A DNA stretch of 64,000 bases from assembly GCA_000934665.2 (NCBI GenBank), contig JYFJ02000418.1:1-64000 (forward strand), given 5' to 3'. Position 1 is the first letter of the stretch. Every line of letters starts with the position of its first letter. Shown here piece by piece: positions 1 through 13,982 of this stretch. Both the position numbers and the translations under genes were made by a program. The notes below the pieces were generated by a model that had not been told where the DNA came from, made no database searches, and worked only from the letters and a program-made list of their open reading frames with translations. This stretch comes from Catajapyx aquilonaris (taxonomy: Eukaryota).

Positions 1-39
1 AAACACCCCCGCCAAACGAAAATCCTGTGTGAGCCATTG
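1..39. repeat. Possible right end of a short palindromic MITE-like element cut by the window edge
   Basis: C-tract followed by AAAATCCTGTGTGAGCCATTG resembles the termini of small palindromic invertebrate repeats; the partner end is not visible. Confidence 0.2.
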
Positions 40-3000
40 TGAAAACCATCATACTAACTTGCACTCATATTTCGCGGTCGTATGCAACCGTATCACGATA
101 CCGTAAACAACGCTGTGTTGCCACGTCCTCACTCGAGTGGAGCAATGTGACGTCACTGGATCATTTTCGGATCGTTTTTCCGCAATACAAATTGAAAGAG
201 CATGGTGAGGTAGGTTTTTCTTTTTGCGGTTGCGATCAGTATATAATTCCCGACATATTACACATTAAATTTTAAAATTCTCATTTGCTTATCATTTTTT
301 TGTGGACTATTGAAAATTCTGCCATAAGGGCCCATGTTAAATCGCGAACTTCTGAGCCCTCTAGTTCGCTAATTTGCATGGTGACGTGTATTTTTCTTCG
401 CACCATTGATAAGAGGACACAAAACTGCGTAACATATGTTTTTTTCATAAAATTCTCATTGAGTGACTCTAGCTTCATTTCCACCTTAAGGATGGGAGGA
501 AAATGAAGCGGAATGTGGATTATTCTGGAATCTATCCCAGAATTCTCCTAGAATAAAGCGAAGGAAAATCCTCAAGAAAAGGATTTGTACGTACCGGAGA
601 CATAGACTGTGTTAGTAGTATTGTATATGTATTTCTTTCTGTAAAACCGCCAGCGTATGGCTTGGACTCTACTCACTCTGTAAAGAGCTCTAATAAATCT
701 GATTCCCCCTGCGTTTCTCGGGTATATAGAAACCAACATCAGTGCAACAAAACCGCAGGTGTCGAGGGGTAGCGAATGCGGAATGTTTGCAGTGCCTGCT
801 GTAGCATCCTGGAATATAGAGTATATAGTCCTTGTCGCTTTGGCTTGTGGCGAAGGGTAGCCTCCAGGGACAGGTGGCAAACCCTTAGCTTTTAAAACCC
901 AGTAGCAGCTGGGTTATACCTCCCGAGAATTGCCTCAGAGCTTGTTCTCACCTGCAACCCTGACTTGTGGTCTCTGTTTTCTCACCTGAACCTGAAAATG
1001 CAGCTTCATTACTTTCAGTCGCGGCTACACAAGGCTCGCTCCAGATTCACGGAAAGCTCGTGCATAATAGAAAGCGCTTAAGTGAGTAGCTCACGCCAAA
1101 AATGGTATGTATATGTCTATTTTTTGGAATCTCTATACTGTGTACTATAACAGTCTGGATATCCACAGCCAATCCCGGCCTATGAATACACTGCGGAAGG
1201 GCCTTGTAAAGACCTTTATTTTAATGTGGGTGTTTTCAAATATTTTGTCCACATCCAGAGCATGGATTGCTCAAGCGTTTTGGCAAACCGTTGCCATCGC
1301 CCGCACGCGAATGACAAATGTGAGAAATGCCAGGTTGGGTTCGCAATTGCAATCATAGTTGGTAGGGGAGGTATGGATAGTTCTGGTCGCTGGTGCATAG
1401 AGTTTGTGGTGTCAGATCCGGCCAATGGCAGTTTCCGGACGGCCGCAGAATATCGGCGCCGCCTTGGGGTGACCCGTGGCTTCAACAACACCGGCCACTG
1501 GACATGGTAGAGCCAACATTTCCTCCCCAGCAGCCGCCTACTCGTCCATTTAATATGCCAGCCCCTGCACATTCGCTCCTGAATAACCGACTAGGCTGCT
1601 TGTTCCAGTACCGACCATGCCAGTGCGATATGCCCAACTTGCGCGCTTTCAACGAGACCATACCCCACTAGCTCTTCACCGGAATTACACCAATACAGAG
1701 GCAATAGTGAGCATCAACAAAAAAACAAGCACTCGTGGGTGGATAGTGCTGTGGGAGGTATTACAGTGTACAGGGCTGGAATGGCGTCGGCTGCAAACTG
1801 ATATTGCTATTGTTCAATTACCGGGCGTGGGAGGGGGGGGGGGTAATATTAATATTTTTTATATTGCAGACTTGGTTCAGGTTATTTAACTTTAATTCGG
1901 GTTCATGCATGAATGATCAAATCACGGTGCAAGCCGTGTCAACAGTGGGAGCATAATCCGGGACTGCCAGTGTTTGTATCTTGCCACGGTAATGTTTACT
2001 TTGTCCTCGGGTAATGAGTACACGCTGCGATGACAATATTAATTAATATTTTACGCAGGTTAGCTCGAGAGCGGGTCGCCTAATTGTTGCCTGGGTTCTT
2101 CAATCCGTAATTCCCCTGAGCTAAAAAAAAGAAGGGTCATCGGTCTCTTGTTTTTCAAATTATCTGAAATTTTAAAAAGGAACAATCTGCCAGCAAAACC
2201 AACAGTTAGAATATTTCACGTACAGTGCTGTTAATGATGGCCACTGTCGAGAAAGGCGGAAACTCATTTTTTATAGGCTTACACCATTCGGCAAATGCAA
2301 ACAATTCCTAAAAATAATAGCCTGAAATCATTTGCACGTGCAGACAATACTAAAGCCAACATATTTTTTTCCATAATGAGAGCGCTGTACAACAATGCCA
2401 ATAGAATGAACGACATGCCGTCAGTATATTTCAAAAGCACAAAACGCGGATAATAGGGCAAAAATTGGTTGCAAAACAACTGACATAACAGAGTCTATTG
2501 TATACGTATAGCATGGATCGTAACATTCTGGTTCATAGTAAATAAATATTCTGTACTAATAAACAATGCAATGGTTGAATATTTTGATAAATATTGACAG
2601 AGCACATGATAGTGCTAGGTCAGAATATATACCATACCGTGGAGGATTAAACGAAAAGACATTCTCCCCCCCCAAAAAAAAAATTACATATACGCACATA
2701 CTGACCTAAATTATTCACAATAATGATGAACAATAACGTGCATTTCCATCGTATGACTGTCAATGTGTGAACAATTCGTGTTTTCATTTTCAAGTTACAT
2801 TGTGAATGTGTCAAGGGCGGGAGTGAGTATTTGACAGTTACATAACTACGGGACTTTTTTTTGTTAGTCCAGTAATTAATGCACCTTTTGTTTCGGAAAT
2901 GATAGTGACAAACTCACTTCCATTGGATTGAAAAATAGTTCTCAAACTTTGTGCCGCATTTTAGCATCGCTCTACAGTGCACATCATGTTAATTTAATGA

Positions 3001-3824
3001 AAGTGGAACACTTATTACTTTAACTAGCACCCAAATTGGCAAGTACAGAAAACTTCCACAAGGCCCACAAAAAAATGGAACCATTCTTGAGCACATGTTT
3101 CGCAAGGCCTCAGGAATGATAATACTAACCGAGTTACGCGGCAAGAATTTCTCAACTTTTTATCCAATTTCAGAAACAATGCCTGAACGACTTCTTAATC
3201 CTCCAATTTGCATACCAAACTGCTCAGAATTAACAAAATTGATATATAATTCTGACTAGTCATTCGATTTTTGTTCCCATGGGAAGTCCAGGCATCAGTG
3301 TCGCATATTTGGAATGGCAACAACGCAAGAATTCCATATTCAAGCGGAAGCCATGAGGGAGCAACAATTATTGGCGAGCAGAATCACAAAGTGAGGGTAG
3401 GGCGGAGGTGGCAGGGACACATAATTATGCCTCCCTCGCCCCCCACCCGTGTTGACAGCTTGATCGAGAGTCTCATTATTCCCCGTTTATCCCCGTGATG
3501 AAGTGCCGGCACCGTTTCTGCTCCTTGCTTTGCCACGGCAGGCAGCAGCACTCATTACGAGCAGGAAACTTTCCGTCTCTGTCCTGGACCCTGGACCGCA
3601 TCTGTATTCGGGACCAACCGTTTTGCTCCAGCTTTTTGGCTATACACTGTGTCCGGCTCCCAAGCTTTTCAGTGGTATCTGGCCATGGACCTGGAGATGG
3701 CCCACACTAATTGCGACACTATCTCCGACCCGACTAATCAAGCCACAAATTTTGTGAGCGAAGTGCAAGGGATGTTACAGCTACGCTTTCGTATCGGGAG
3801 ATCCCGCACTTTTACCTACTCTCC

Positions 3825-3868
3825 TAGGAGTGTATCCGCTGAAGGTAGGGGTGTATCCGCCGAGAAGG
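3825..3868 (+). repeat. Imperfect ~21-bp tandem duplication
   Basis: TAGGAGTGTATCCGCTGAAGG followed by TAGGGGTGTATCCGCCGAGAAGG. Confidence 0.75.
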
Positions 3869-6800
3869 TTAGGTAATGGGGTAGGTTGGTGCATTGTGCC
3901 CCTACCACATTCAGTCTCCCATTACGAAAGTCATTCCGATATTTCTTGATCTGATTGCAAGTGCAATGGGGTTGGTAAAAAAATTGAATCAGAAAATTCT
4001 AGAATATAAGAAATCCGTTCGATCTTTTGGAAATCACAGATTTCAATTTCATTTGGTTTGGGGGGGGGGGGNNGGGTCTACATCGTATTAATTACATTGG
4101 GTTTCCAATAGAGTTTGTCATCCGCTCCACAGTATTTTTGGCTTTTCCAAATGCCGCATCAAAATTTGCTAGCCTAATTACTTTTAGTATGCAGTATACA
4201 TGGGGGAGATTCTCGAACACACAAAAAACTCAGCTGCAGTTATCCGTATTCAATACATCACAGTGCATTTGATGGTTTTAAAAAACGCTGCCCACGGCAC
4301 GAACTATAAACCAAGCACTTGTTTCCAATTACGCACTTCAGCACAGGTTATCTCATGCAATTACGGTCCATTATGATGACACTCATTGATGTTCAAGTAA
4401 TCGATAATCTACAAATGTGGGTCACGTTAAGGGGCTTACAGACATAGGGGATTATCAATGCTGCTTTCAACTGGCCAAACATGACTGATTTTTTACCCGG
4501 CGAATCAAGATTTGGGAGCGTGTAATCAGTAACGGGATTAACATTATAAGCGTCCCCCGCAAAACCATGGGACCCAAGCTCAATATGTTATAATGACGTT
4601 GATAGATACAAATTGGTTAGGGTGTTACAAACTTTGCCATCCTTGGGTAATTGTTATGCATAACTGTCACCAACATGCGCAACATTATCTCAAGAGGGAT
4701 CTCCAGCTTCCCAAGGGGCAATAATTCAATCCTGTCTCTAGAGGGTGGGGGGTTCTGTTGGTGGCAACCCTGCTCCGGGTCTATTGATACACCCAGGCTT
4801 ATCGGAGAGTTGCAGCTCAAATTGTTATACTCGAATTGCATATTGACGTGACCCAACCAGGCGTTAAGGAAAGTTCAAATCAAAATGTCTGGTCCAGGGA
4901 TATTTCCATGCAGTGTGTGATGTTTGGTAACTACCCATGCTTATGTACATAGATGACGGTTGCTGTTTTTGGTAATGGCCGATACACAGTGTATATAGTT
5001 TTGGGGGATCGGTGCCGCAATGCGGTGCACATAATTAACAGGGGCCAAAATCCACTAGTTGCAGATTTTGGGTTTTCGAAAATTTATCGCATAAACCAGC
5101 TTTAGTGGCATTAATTTAACCTGTATCCAATTGGAATGGGAATGGTCCATTTTGGGGGTGCTTGCAGCTAATGTCGAATGAAGTAGAAATCCTGGCAGGT
5201 AATCTTATCTATTCCGGAGAAATCTACTGGAACTAATCCTAGCGAGATAATTCTAAAATTAGGCATTGGTTTTAGCCCTATTCTACTTGGAAAGAGTGAC
5301 AATTAGCGAGAAATCGAAGCAGGTGTTGACAGCTTCGGATCGAAATGAGAGGAATGGAGAAAGAAACTTTTCCAATTTAGACTCCCAGACTTTCATCCCA
5401 GCGTTAAGAGCCATTTGTAATTAATCCTTTTTTTTCCTCCTGCAAACTTTGTAACTCAACTTCTAATAGTCAACATATGTAAATAAGTGTTGATATTCCT
5501 GAGAGTATTGTGTCAAGTCTCTTTGAATGGGTCTAACCATTAGGCCAAGGGGATCACTTGAAATGCTCAATTATCGTAATACGGTCGCGACATTGCCTGA
5601 CCAGTCACCATTAGGAAGCCCACTTTGCGAGTGGGACAGAACAAGTCGATAACTCCACAGAAAAGTCTCTGGAGGGTCCGAAAATTAAATTCTCAGTGTC
5701 CGCTACATTTGTTACACTCCCGGTTCTTTTCTCCCCTGGCGAATTCTGTGACATTCCGCCCGGCTGACGTTTCAACTCCCCCTCCCCTATCCCACACTTC
5801 AAATTATGCAAAAGACTCAACATCTATGCCCTCCAGCAGGGGCCACTCTTGAAAAAGTCAGCTCACAGCCAGACGGAAGGAAGAAGAAAAGTATAAGAAA
5901 GAGAGAAAAAAAAATCCATACCAGTTGCGAAAAAGAGTAAAGTGCATTTTATTCGCTGAACTGAAGGACTTTCCTCCCGGCCCTCTAACTGGAAAGAAAT
6001 CTTACACTTCTCTAAGCACGATAATTTCATGCCTGTCTTCTCCGCAATTCTTCTTCTGCCGCAGGAATAGGGCCAAAGGAAGAGATAAGAAGAGCCTGCG
6101 GCCTTCGCCTGTTACGCCAAGGGTTTGCTCAACAACAAAAAAAATCAGGAAAAGATGTGGAGAGGAGATATCTCAACTGGAACCTTCTCCGGGGCGCTGG
6201 AAGAGTCATTCGCTCATAGTTTGAGTCTATCTCTTGCGTGTGTCACTTCCTCAAGAGTTACTTACTCCAGATGAACTCCGCTTGCCCGGAAGAGGTGAAA
6301 GTTGTCCGATCTATTGGCATAGAAGTCGAAATCTTTTCAGACGAAATGGACATATGCCATTCGAAGTGATAAACACAATGAATCGTGTAAAGACAACAAA
6401 CATTATTGTTGGCTTATTCATGGTCTAGTATCGTTTGAAAAATAGATTGCGTGTTACCGCATAAAAACTGGGGTCTCGGACATTCATTTTAGTGTTCCAC
6501 GCCAATTACACAGCTAAATAGGCGTTCAGCACTACCATATCCGGGGAAAAGGTTTGCATTACGTGACATAGTGTTAAGTGCTGAGCAAGCACATTTCATC
6601 CGCTGTTTAGGCTGCAAATGCACCACATATAACTGCATTGCCCTAATCGTTCACTTTACGCCATTACTATCACAAAAATGAGCCTTTTATAAACAAGCAC
6701 TTCCATTATACCTCACATTTAAACGTATCCTGGAACGCAGGGTTTCCGCCTAACAAGAAAGGTACGAAGGTTGCCCTGAAGAGTCAGGATCAAATTCACT

Positions 6801-9800
6801 GTCAGAATATTCTCAATGTTTGCATAATATTATTGGATTACATAGTTCCGGTATCCTCTTTATTAGTGTACATCTACTGAAGCCAAGCAACCGAGCTTTA
6901 GAGAATGACTTTCTTGGTTATTAGAGACTGTCATTTACTTCTCAAGAGCTCTTCAATTATTTCGTTCCCGCTTTTATTCATAAGCCTTCAACAAGATTCT
7001 CATAGAGATAGTCGCATGCGTCTATCCCAATATGTTTCATATATTTTGGGTTTGAAGATTTAATATTTATTTAGTATGCAACCATGTGCATGAATAATGA
7101 GTTTCGTCGAAGCACGTCTTCACGGCATAATTAGAAGAAGAAAAAGCCAATAGTTCCATGCAACCAGTCCTAAAAAGCAATAGCGATCACGTACAATCGT
7201 GCAAGAAATCAGGAATTACACGCTCCGATGCAGGCTAATGGCACTGCTCATTTGAGAGCACGATTCCAGCATTGTTCTTTACAAACCCTACACTTTTCAG
7301 TGGCCCAAATTGGCACTTCAACAAGTGTCGTTGCCCACGGCGCCATAAATTGGGCCTCGGGTTAAAGATACGGCTCGCACTTATTCGGACGTGACCAGGA
7401 TGATATCAGCCTCCCCCCTCCCCTTTCCAGTTCATCGAGACTGTTTAGATTTCCTCAACAATAACAGGCTGTTCTGAGGCCTTATGCAGCAGTGTTTGTC
7501 TTTGCCAGCAGTTTGAGGCAAATTGTGAGAGTTCCATGCCTTTCCTTTGAAGCCTAAGCGGACCTGAATCCCCGAGGAATCGTGGTTGTTATCCTGCCTC
7601 CCCGTGCTGCAAAGTGAGACGAACCACCACCAGCTCTTCGGAATATTCTGCAAAATCCACCCCTGGCTGAAGGACGTACTTTTCGAATATGCGTTCAGCC
7701 CCCCNGCCCCCCCCCCCCCCACTCCTTTTCCTTTGGGGACTTGAGAACCCCACCTGCACACTTCGATCGCACCCGCCTCTCTCATCCTTCCCAACAAAGA
7801 ATGAAAATATTGAGCTCATCCTTAAATCTCTTGGAGTACATGCATATAGGTTTTCCCAGCCAAACGAATATCGACAACACTGTTGATAGACTTCTGCTGG
7901 TTGCCATTTGCGACGGTCCGAAATTCTGTTTGTTCCTAATGCAAGTGTGATTTCCTAATCCCGGCTAATTAACTGAGAGTGGTCAGAAGGTGTAGACGCC
8001 TTCTACCTCTAAAGGGAGGGGCTTTTCCTTTAGCGGACGGTGCCCCGGGGCTTTAATCGCGCCGTCCCAAGAATGTCCAGGAAGCTCATTTGCCTCTTCT
8101 GTTCCGCCCCCCTTCTCGAGGCTATTTGTCTTGATAATGCTTCTCAGTGCAACCCCCGCCTGCAGGAGGCTTCTGCATAAATTCTAACCAAAGTATATGA
8201 TCATCGAAAGGGGATGAGCTCGCACCTCCATTTGTGAGATGAGCCTTTTGTTAACTGGGGGAGCACACAAGGTGAAAATTTGCTGCCAGGACACACTTCA
8301 CTTGGGAAAAGCGTGCTACAGATCACTTGCGCTTTTTTTGAAAGGAAAATGGTAGTGGGTATGGGGTAGGTCATAATTTTCAAGTTGGACGACAAGCTGG
8401 GTCCAATCGATAGGACCAGTTAATGTTATTGGGAGCTTACTAGCCGTGCTGTTTACTTGCGCGCATCGAAATCAATTGCATTACGTTTGAGCAAGTCTGT
8501 CGACAAAATTTGAGAATGAAAACTTAACAGATGCGATTGATTTCAGTTCGGTATAAATCTTGTTGCAGTCCGTGGAATAGCGACCGGTTAAAATTCATCC
8601 TTTCACATTTTTTATAAAAAAACTTAAAATCAGCTAAATCTGCTCAATTCATGGTTGGTGCTGGAATCGACAATGGTCCGCTCTTCAAAACTTTCGCAAT
8701 GATAAGATGGGACAGAAAATGCTCTCATTAGACGAGGCAATGACGTTATTTTTAACCGATTGTCAACTATCGATAATTGCTGACATATTTGTCCATCATA
8801 ACATTTTCATATGAAAGGGGCAGTCATGGACGAAGCAGATCATGCAAGCTAAATTACATACACACAAACACAACATGGCGATCATAAACAACTCGGTCAA
8901 CCCCATCACAGCAAACACAACTCTGGCCTATCACCACACACGCCCATGATTCACCAGCGTTCGACATGATACACATATTATTAATAACTTATAATCCTTA
9001 ATCGTATAACTTATCTAAACATTCAGCTTATGGCAGCGCTGGACCATATTTGTGGCTATATCCCTATAGTACGTAACTCCATCATTAATGTCATTCCCTG
9101 CCAGTCTGCCCAGGTCACACTTAAAAATTCCTCTTTTAAAGCACAAACGGTCTGTCCCCCATATAAAATACATGGACTAATCTTCCCCAAGTAGAACAGT
9201 GGAACGTGCTCCTCCGCATCATTATCGCATCAGCCCTGCTAGAATATATCGGCAGCCCCCCCCCCCCCCCCNGGTTCCTGAGTGTGATTATTACAGCGCT
9301 CTGTCAATGAGGTCGGCGAAGGTTTATTTTTCATGGCCTGCTCTGCTACATTGATTCAATTACTCTGAAAGCAACTCGTCCGGCACCGGATGAAATCAAA
9401 TCGAGCATGGAAGAGCAGTGTCGCTCCTGTGCGGAAGTGACAGGATTACAACCTGCTGGTGCACCTAAGCAATGCACGGATAGTAACTTAGACCCCTTTG
9501 GGGTTGTGTGTGGAGAGGTGTGAGAGAGAGGGGACGTTGCTCGCTCGTGGTGAGCGTAGTAAATGAAAGAGGCTGTTGTTGGCATGGGTGGGAGAGTCCT
9601 GGCACATTTCCCATCAAGGGGGGCGCCCAAAATACTTCTTTTTCCCCGTGGCCTGCTCCACGTCAGCAGTCGCGTGCGAATGTCGAGAGAGAGGGGGCCC
9701 CGATGGCAGTGATCCCCGTGAGACCTGGCCGCATGACAGGCCTAGACAAACTGCCAGCCCTTGCCGCCAAACAACTGCCATTTCCCATTTGCTAGCCGAC

Positions 9801-12800
9801 ACTCTTTTTATCGCCATCCTCAATGGGACACCCAAATCGACACCTGGTGGTGCTATGGCAGACTTAAAGTTTCGGGATTATAGTCATGTAGGTTATAGGA
9901 ATTGGTGGCGTAAGACTGAACTGCAAATTCATTAGATACCGGGCATACTTCGTACAGCGCCAGATTGAGTACCCTCTTGTGCTGAACGAATCAAGCAGCC
10001 CTTTCAACCCCAGTACTCGATGGTTAGTGAGGCCCATGTACTCACTGGCGTATAAGGTTACAGGTTGACCACTATTGCCATGCTTGAACTTCAGCGGTCG
10101 ACGCGATCCATCCGATAGAAGTAAAGGATCATTATAATGAAGTTTGTTCCTAATCATACGAGCAGGATACCATGAAATCCAGAACCTCATTGTCGATAAT
10201 AATTAGCTACCAATTAACTGCGCCTTGATTTTCATTCCCTGCTTGCTGTTCCTATGTACTACCCACCTAGGTTCTCACGCCAAGAGCGCAATTCCGGGTG
10301 ATGGAACGCCAGGGAATATACATCCCCAGCACCGCAGACACGATCCTATACTCGCAACAAATCCCACTTTGAGATAATTAGCCGAGTTGAAGCTGTTTAC
10401 CTGCTTCCCAAAGAGCATGTTATCCCTGAAATACCTTCAAAGGTATAGGCTACAGGAAGATGATTCTGCTCATACCACCAGACTCTCTACACGTCCTTCC
10501 CATACCTTCTCCAAATAACGTTTTTTTCCTCCACCATCAGAACCAGCCTATCAGATTCTACCAAGTCTTGTTCAATTAACGGCGGCCACTTGATCTGTCC
10601 TGGACGGGTTCAAAAGAGTTCCCTTTGCCAACCCATAGGAAAAGGGGGGGATGCGGGTAGCCGCACGGTTGCCACATTTTCAGAGTCTCGTTACGCTTGT
10701 TTGAATTCGTCGCACAATTCTTATTACTGTTGAAAAGTGTCGTGTGTCGTGGATCAGGAGGCAACAAGCTTCCAAGTAATATTACAAATACATTAGGCCT
10801 CTTTTTGTGCGTGGGGGGGGGGGGGGGNTCTGGGACCCGAGCTTTCGTTGATTCCGTGAGCAGCCTTCGTTAGCGATCCTATTTCTGCACGAAAGGGCCT
10901 ATTATCCTCTGTTTCCACAGCATCTTCACCAGACTGAGAGGCAATGTTTTCTCCACCAGTTACTATGACTACCGTCCCTTTTCCCAACCCCCCCCCCCCA
11001 CCCTGCAATCCCCCCACGCCTTTTCCTCCGATAAGATCTATTAATCCGCGTACACAGGTCTATAATCAGATGAAAGTGCTTTGTGACGCGTTTGAAAAGA
11101 AAACCCAGGCAGGTTTCAAACTTTTGGGAGTAACTTGCAGCGGAAGTTTATTTCCGCGGATTTATGTTCAAAATGTTGATAGGCTCCCAGGAATATGCTT
11201 CAAAACCAAGCGCAAACAGGTAAAACTGCATTGCGGTGTGTAATGCGGCAAAAATATTGCATATAATCATCTGCCTTTTGGATCAAAATCAGGGATTCTG
11301 CAGTTTACCCGAACGAAACGAAAATAATCCAGTTTGCTCCAGTTACGTAGTGTTTTGTAGAGCGATTGGATGTCTCTCGGTGACAGTCGCATCTATTGAG
11401 TTAGCTTTTGTGAGGAAAAGAGCTCTGGGTTGGAAGCTGGCTGCATTTAGTGTCAACCGCAAAGTGTCGCCTTGTCAACAATGAGGTCTGTTTAACTGGG
11501 GCTAAGCCGACGTGATTAAGTGGAAAACAGAGATGTTTGCAATCTACTACAAGACAAATACAGAAGCCACCTTTTAAAATATATATATAATCGAAGAAAA
11601 TATACTGCAGAAGATAATTGTACTGCACAGATGTTACAAGCCAAGGTATTAACACTATTATTACAAGTTGAAAAATGTTAACTCAATAAACTGTAGTCTC
11701 AAGAAAAGTTTATGCTGTAGTGCAATGCCTTCCAAACTTTATCACTATTCATTTAGTCAAAAACCTCGGTATCGAGTTTCCTGAGTTAATTATTACAGTA
11801 AAAGTACAACCTTATTCTAAAGTTTAATAACAGAGCGAGACGCACCAATTAATATGTTCTCTAACCGATAATTATGGAGATTAAACAGCATGTTCAAAAA
11901 AAGGGATAGTCAAAGTGCCTTGTAATTTTCGTGCATGAATTAAGCAGTGCACTGCTGATGACGGTTTGGAGAGTTTTTGGGCAAACAAATATTGCGAAAA
12001 AAACCCTGCATAATAACTGGCTAAAAATGGTTCGATATATAGACTTCATGGAGTTGTATCCCTTCGGCTGGAAAAATAATAGAAATCAAGGGCGAATGCT
12101 TGGTCGAGCTTCTGATTGGACGAAAATGCCCGAGATGGAGGAAGTGTTCCGTGCAAATCAGCCCTCGAGTCAAAATAATGTACCTACAACAAAGCCAGCC
12201 CAACGGCAGAAATCGCGTCGAACTTGCTTCAGAGAGAAAGAGGGAGAAAAAAAACTAGTGGCATTTGGTCCATTTCCTGAAAAAAGGTTTTTATACTGTT
12301 GCATTTTTCAGCCTATACAGTATACTATAGAGAGATTCGGAAATACCCTCGGAGCTGTAAATGGAAAAGTTTCAAAGCATTGCATTGCATTTCGGATAGA
12401 AAAAGATATTATATCTCCTCCATTTTTTAAAATATCCTGTAGAAAATTTACAAAGAGTAAATTTGATACCCCAATGTTTTCAGCAAGTTCAGACACACCG
12501 GTTCATGGCATATTCTAGTAAATACTGCAAAACAAGCCCCGAGGACTTGAATGGGGCGGACCTATTCATAAGCCTGTAATTCCACTGCACTGCCACTCTA
12601 TTTCTAAATTACAATTTTTCCATCCAAAAAATACGAGCAAGTGCATCATCATGCTCGTTCTGGAACAATGCCGCCTACGCCACATTTTGTCAAGGGTGCT
12701 CTCTCTGGACTATCAAACACATCACCAGGATTATGAGGGACGGTTTAATATTCCAAAATGGCCGCAGGACAAGGGCAATCGATTCTTGCTGCAAAGATAA

Positions 12801-13959
12801 ACTTTAATGCCCGTCAATAAATTCCCGATGGATTACGCCTTCCCTACCCCCTTGGAGGATGCTTTGTGAGATTACAGTTTACGGTTTCACACAATTATAG
12901 AGTGCACAGAAGCTTCCTCCCGGTCCCTTGATGCATTTGCTGGTCTCGAATGGCTTGCAGGAAGGTTCCACTGCGATTTAATATTTTAAGTGCTACTAAC
13001 TGCGCAAAATGTTGTTGGCGCATAATCGTCCCAAAACCCTGTGTGTTCTTACACTTTTGTACGCACTTGGTTGTGCCAAAGTACATGATGGAATTTTCGT
13101 CCCACCTGGGTTTCAAATTTTTCACAAAAATTAGCCCCCCTATAGGTTTTAACATGCATCGATGGCTAGGAAAATTGTTTTAAAAAATGGTTAAAAATAT
13201 TTGATCCGCTTAAAATTTCAACACGAGTAAACCCAACAGCAGCATTAGTATTGTCCAGCTGGAGCCTCATTTTGGGCAATGCTCAGTTGCTATACGTATG
13301 CTGGGTGTGCAGAAAGGAGGCGGTGGTGTGCAAGAAGAGAGAACTAGCTGCAGTGGGGATGCAAAAGGGAGAGGCCGAGTGAGTTCCCGCAGCGTTTCCG
13401 CAGGGCTTCCCAGGTGGAAAGAGGCACCGGGGCGTGGCGGATGACCAGAAATGTTTCATAGACCCAGACGACGACCAAACCGCATGTAGCTTTTCCCCCC
13501 AACACGCCTCGCCACACACACAGATTTTCTCATATACCCTGCGACACCCTACAATGGCATTGCCCATATCTCGCTCCAATAAGCAACTACCGCTAATTAT
13601 CTCTTACCGAATGATATAAGTATGTTCCAGGATTTTACCAGCAAAGGTCTCCGATCTAATTATGACATGGCAGGGATTTTGGAGAGAGCAAAAAGCCCTG
13701 GCCACTTGGGTAGTCCTGCAGACGGCTTCCCCTATGGCGCTGCGGATTAACATGAGCCTCTCAACTTGCTGCCCTGTCATCATCGCCCACTCTTCCCATG
13801 TTTCATGACCCATTAAATTTCGGAGCTCGGAACTACTCGAAGGCTGGCTGGCATGGCTGCTGGAGTGAAATTTCTCTCCATAGAGACACCGTCTAGGTGA
13901 CCAAACTTTGTCCCCCAGTTCGAAAAGGTTACTAGCCCGAGCAAGGCATTTCCAAAAGC

Positions 13960-13982
13960 CTCTCTCTCTCTCTCTCTCTCTC
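13960..13982 (+). repeat. (CT)n microsatellite
   Basis: About 11 CT units. Confidence 0.9.

Noticed and set aside
1216..1720. GC-richer patch with overlapping ORFs
   Set aside because: No frame gives a recognisable protein or a consistent exon
8768..8775. DRE palindrome TATCGATA
   Set aside because: Isolated 8-mer, expected about once by chance in 64 kb, with no nearby gene start
11931..12518. Longest unexplained ORF (195 aa, + strand)
   Set aside because: Starts at GTG, has no recognisable domain and no convincing splice sites; consistent with a chance ORF
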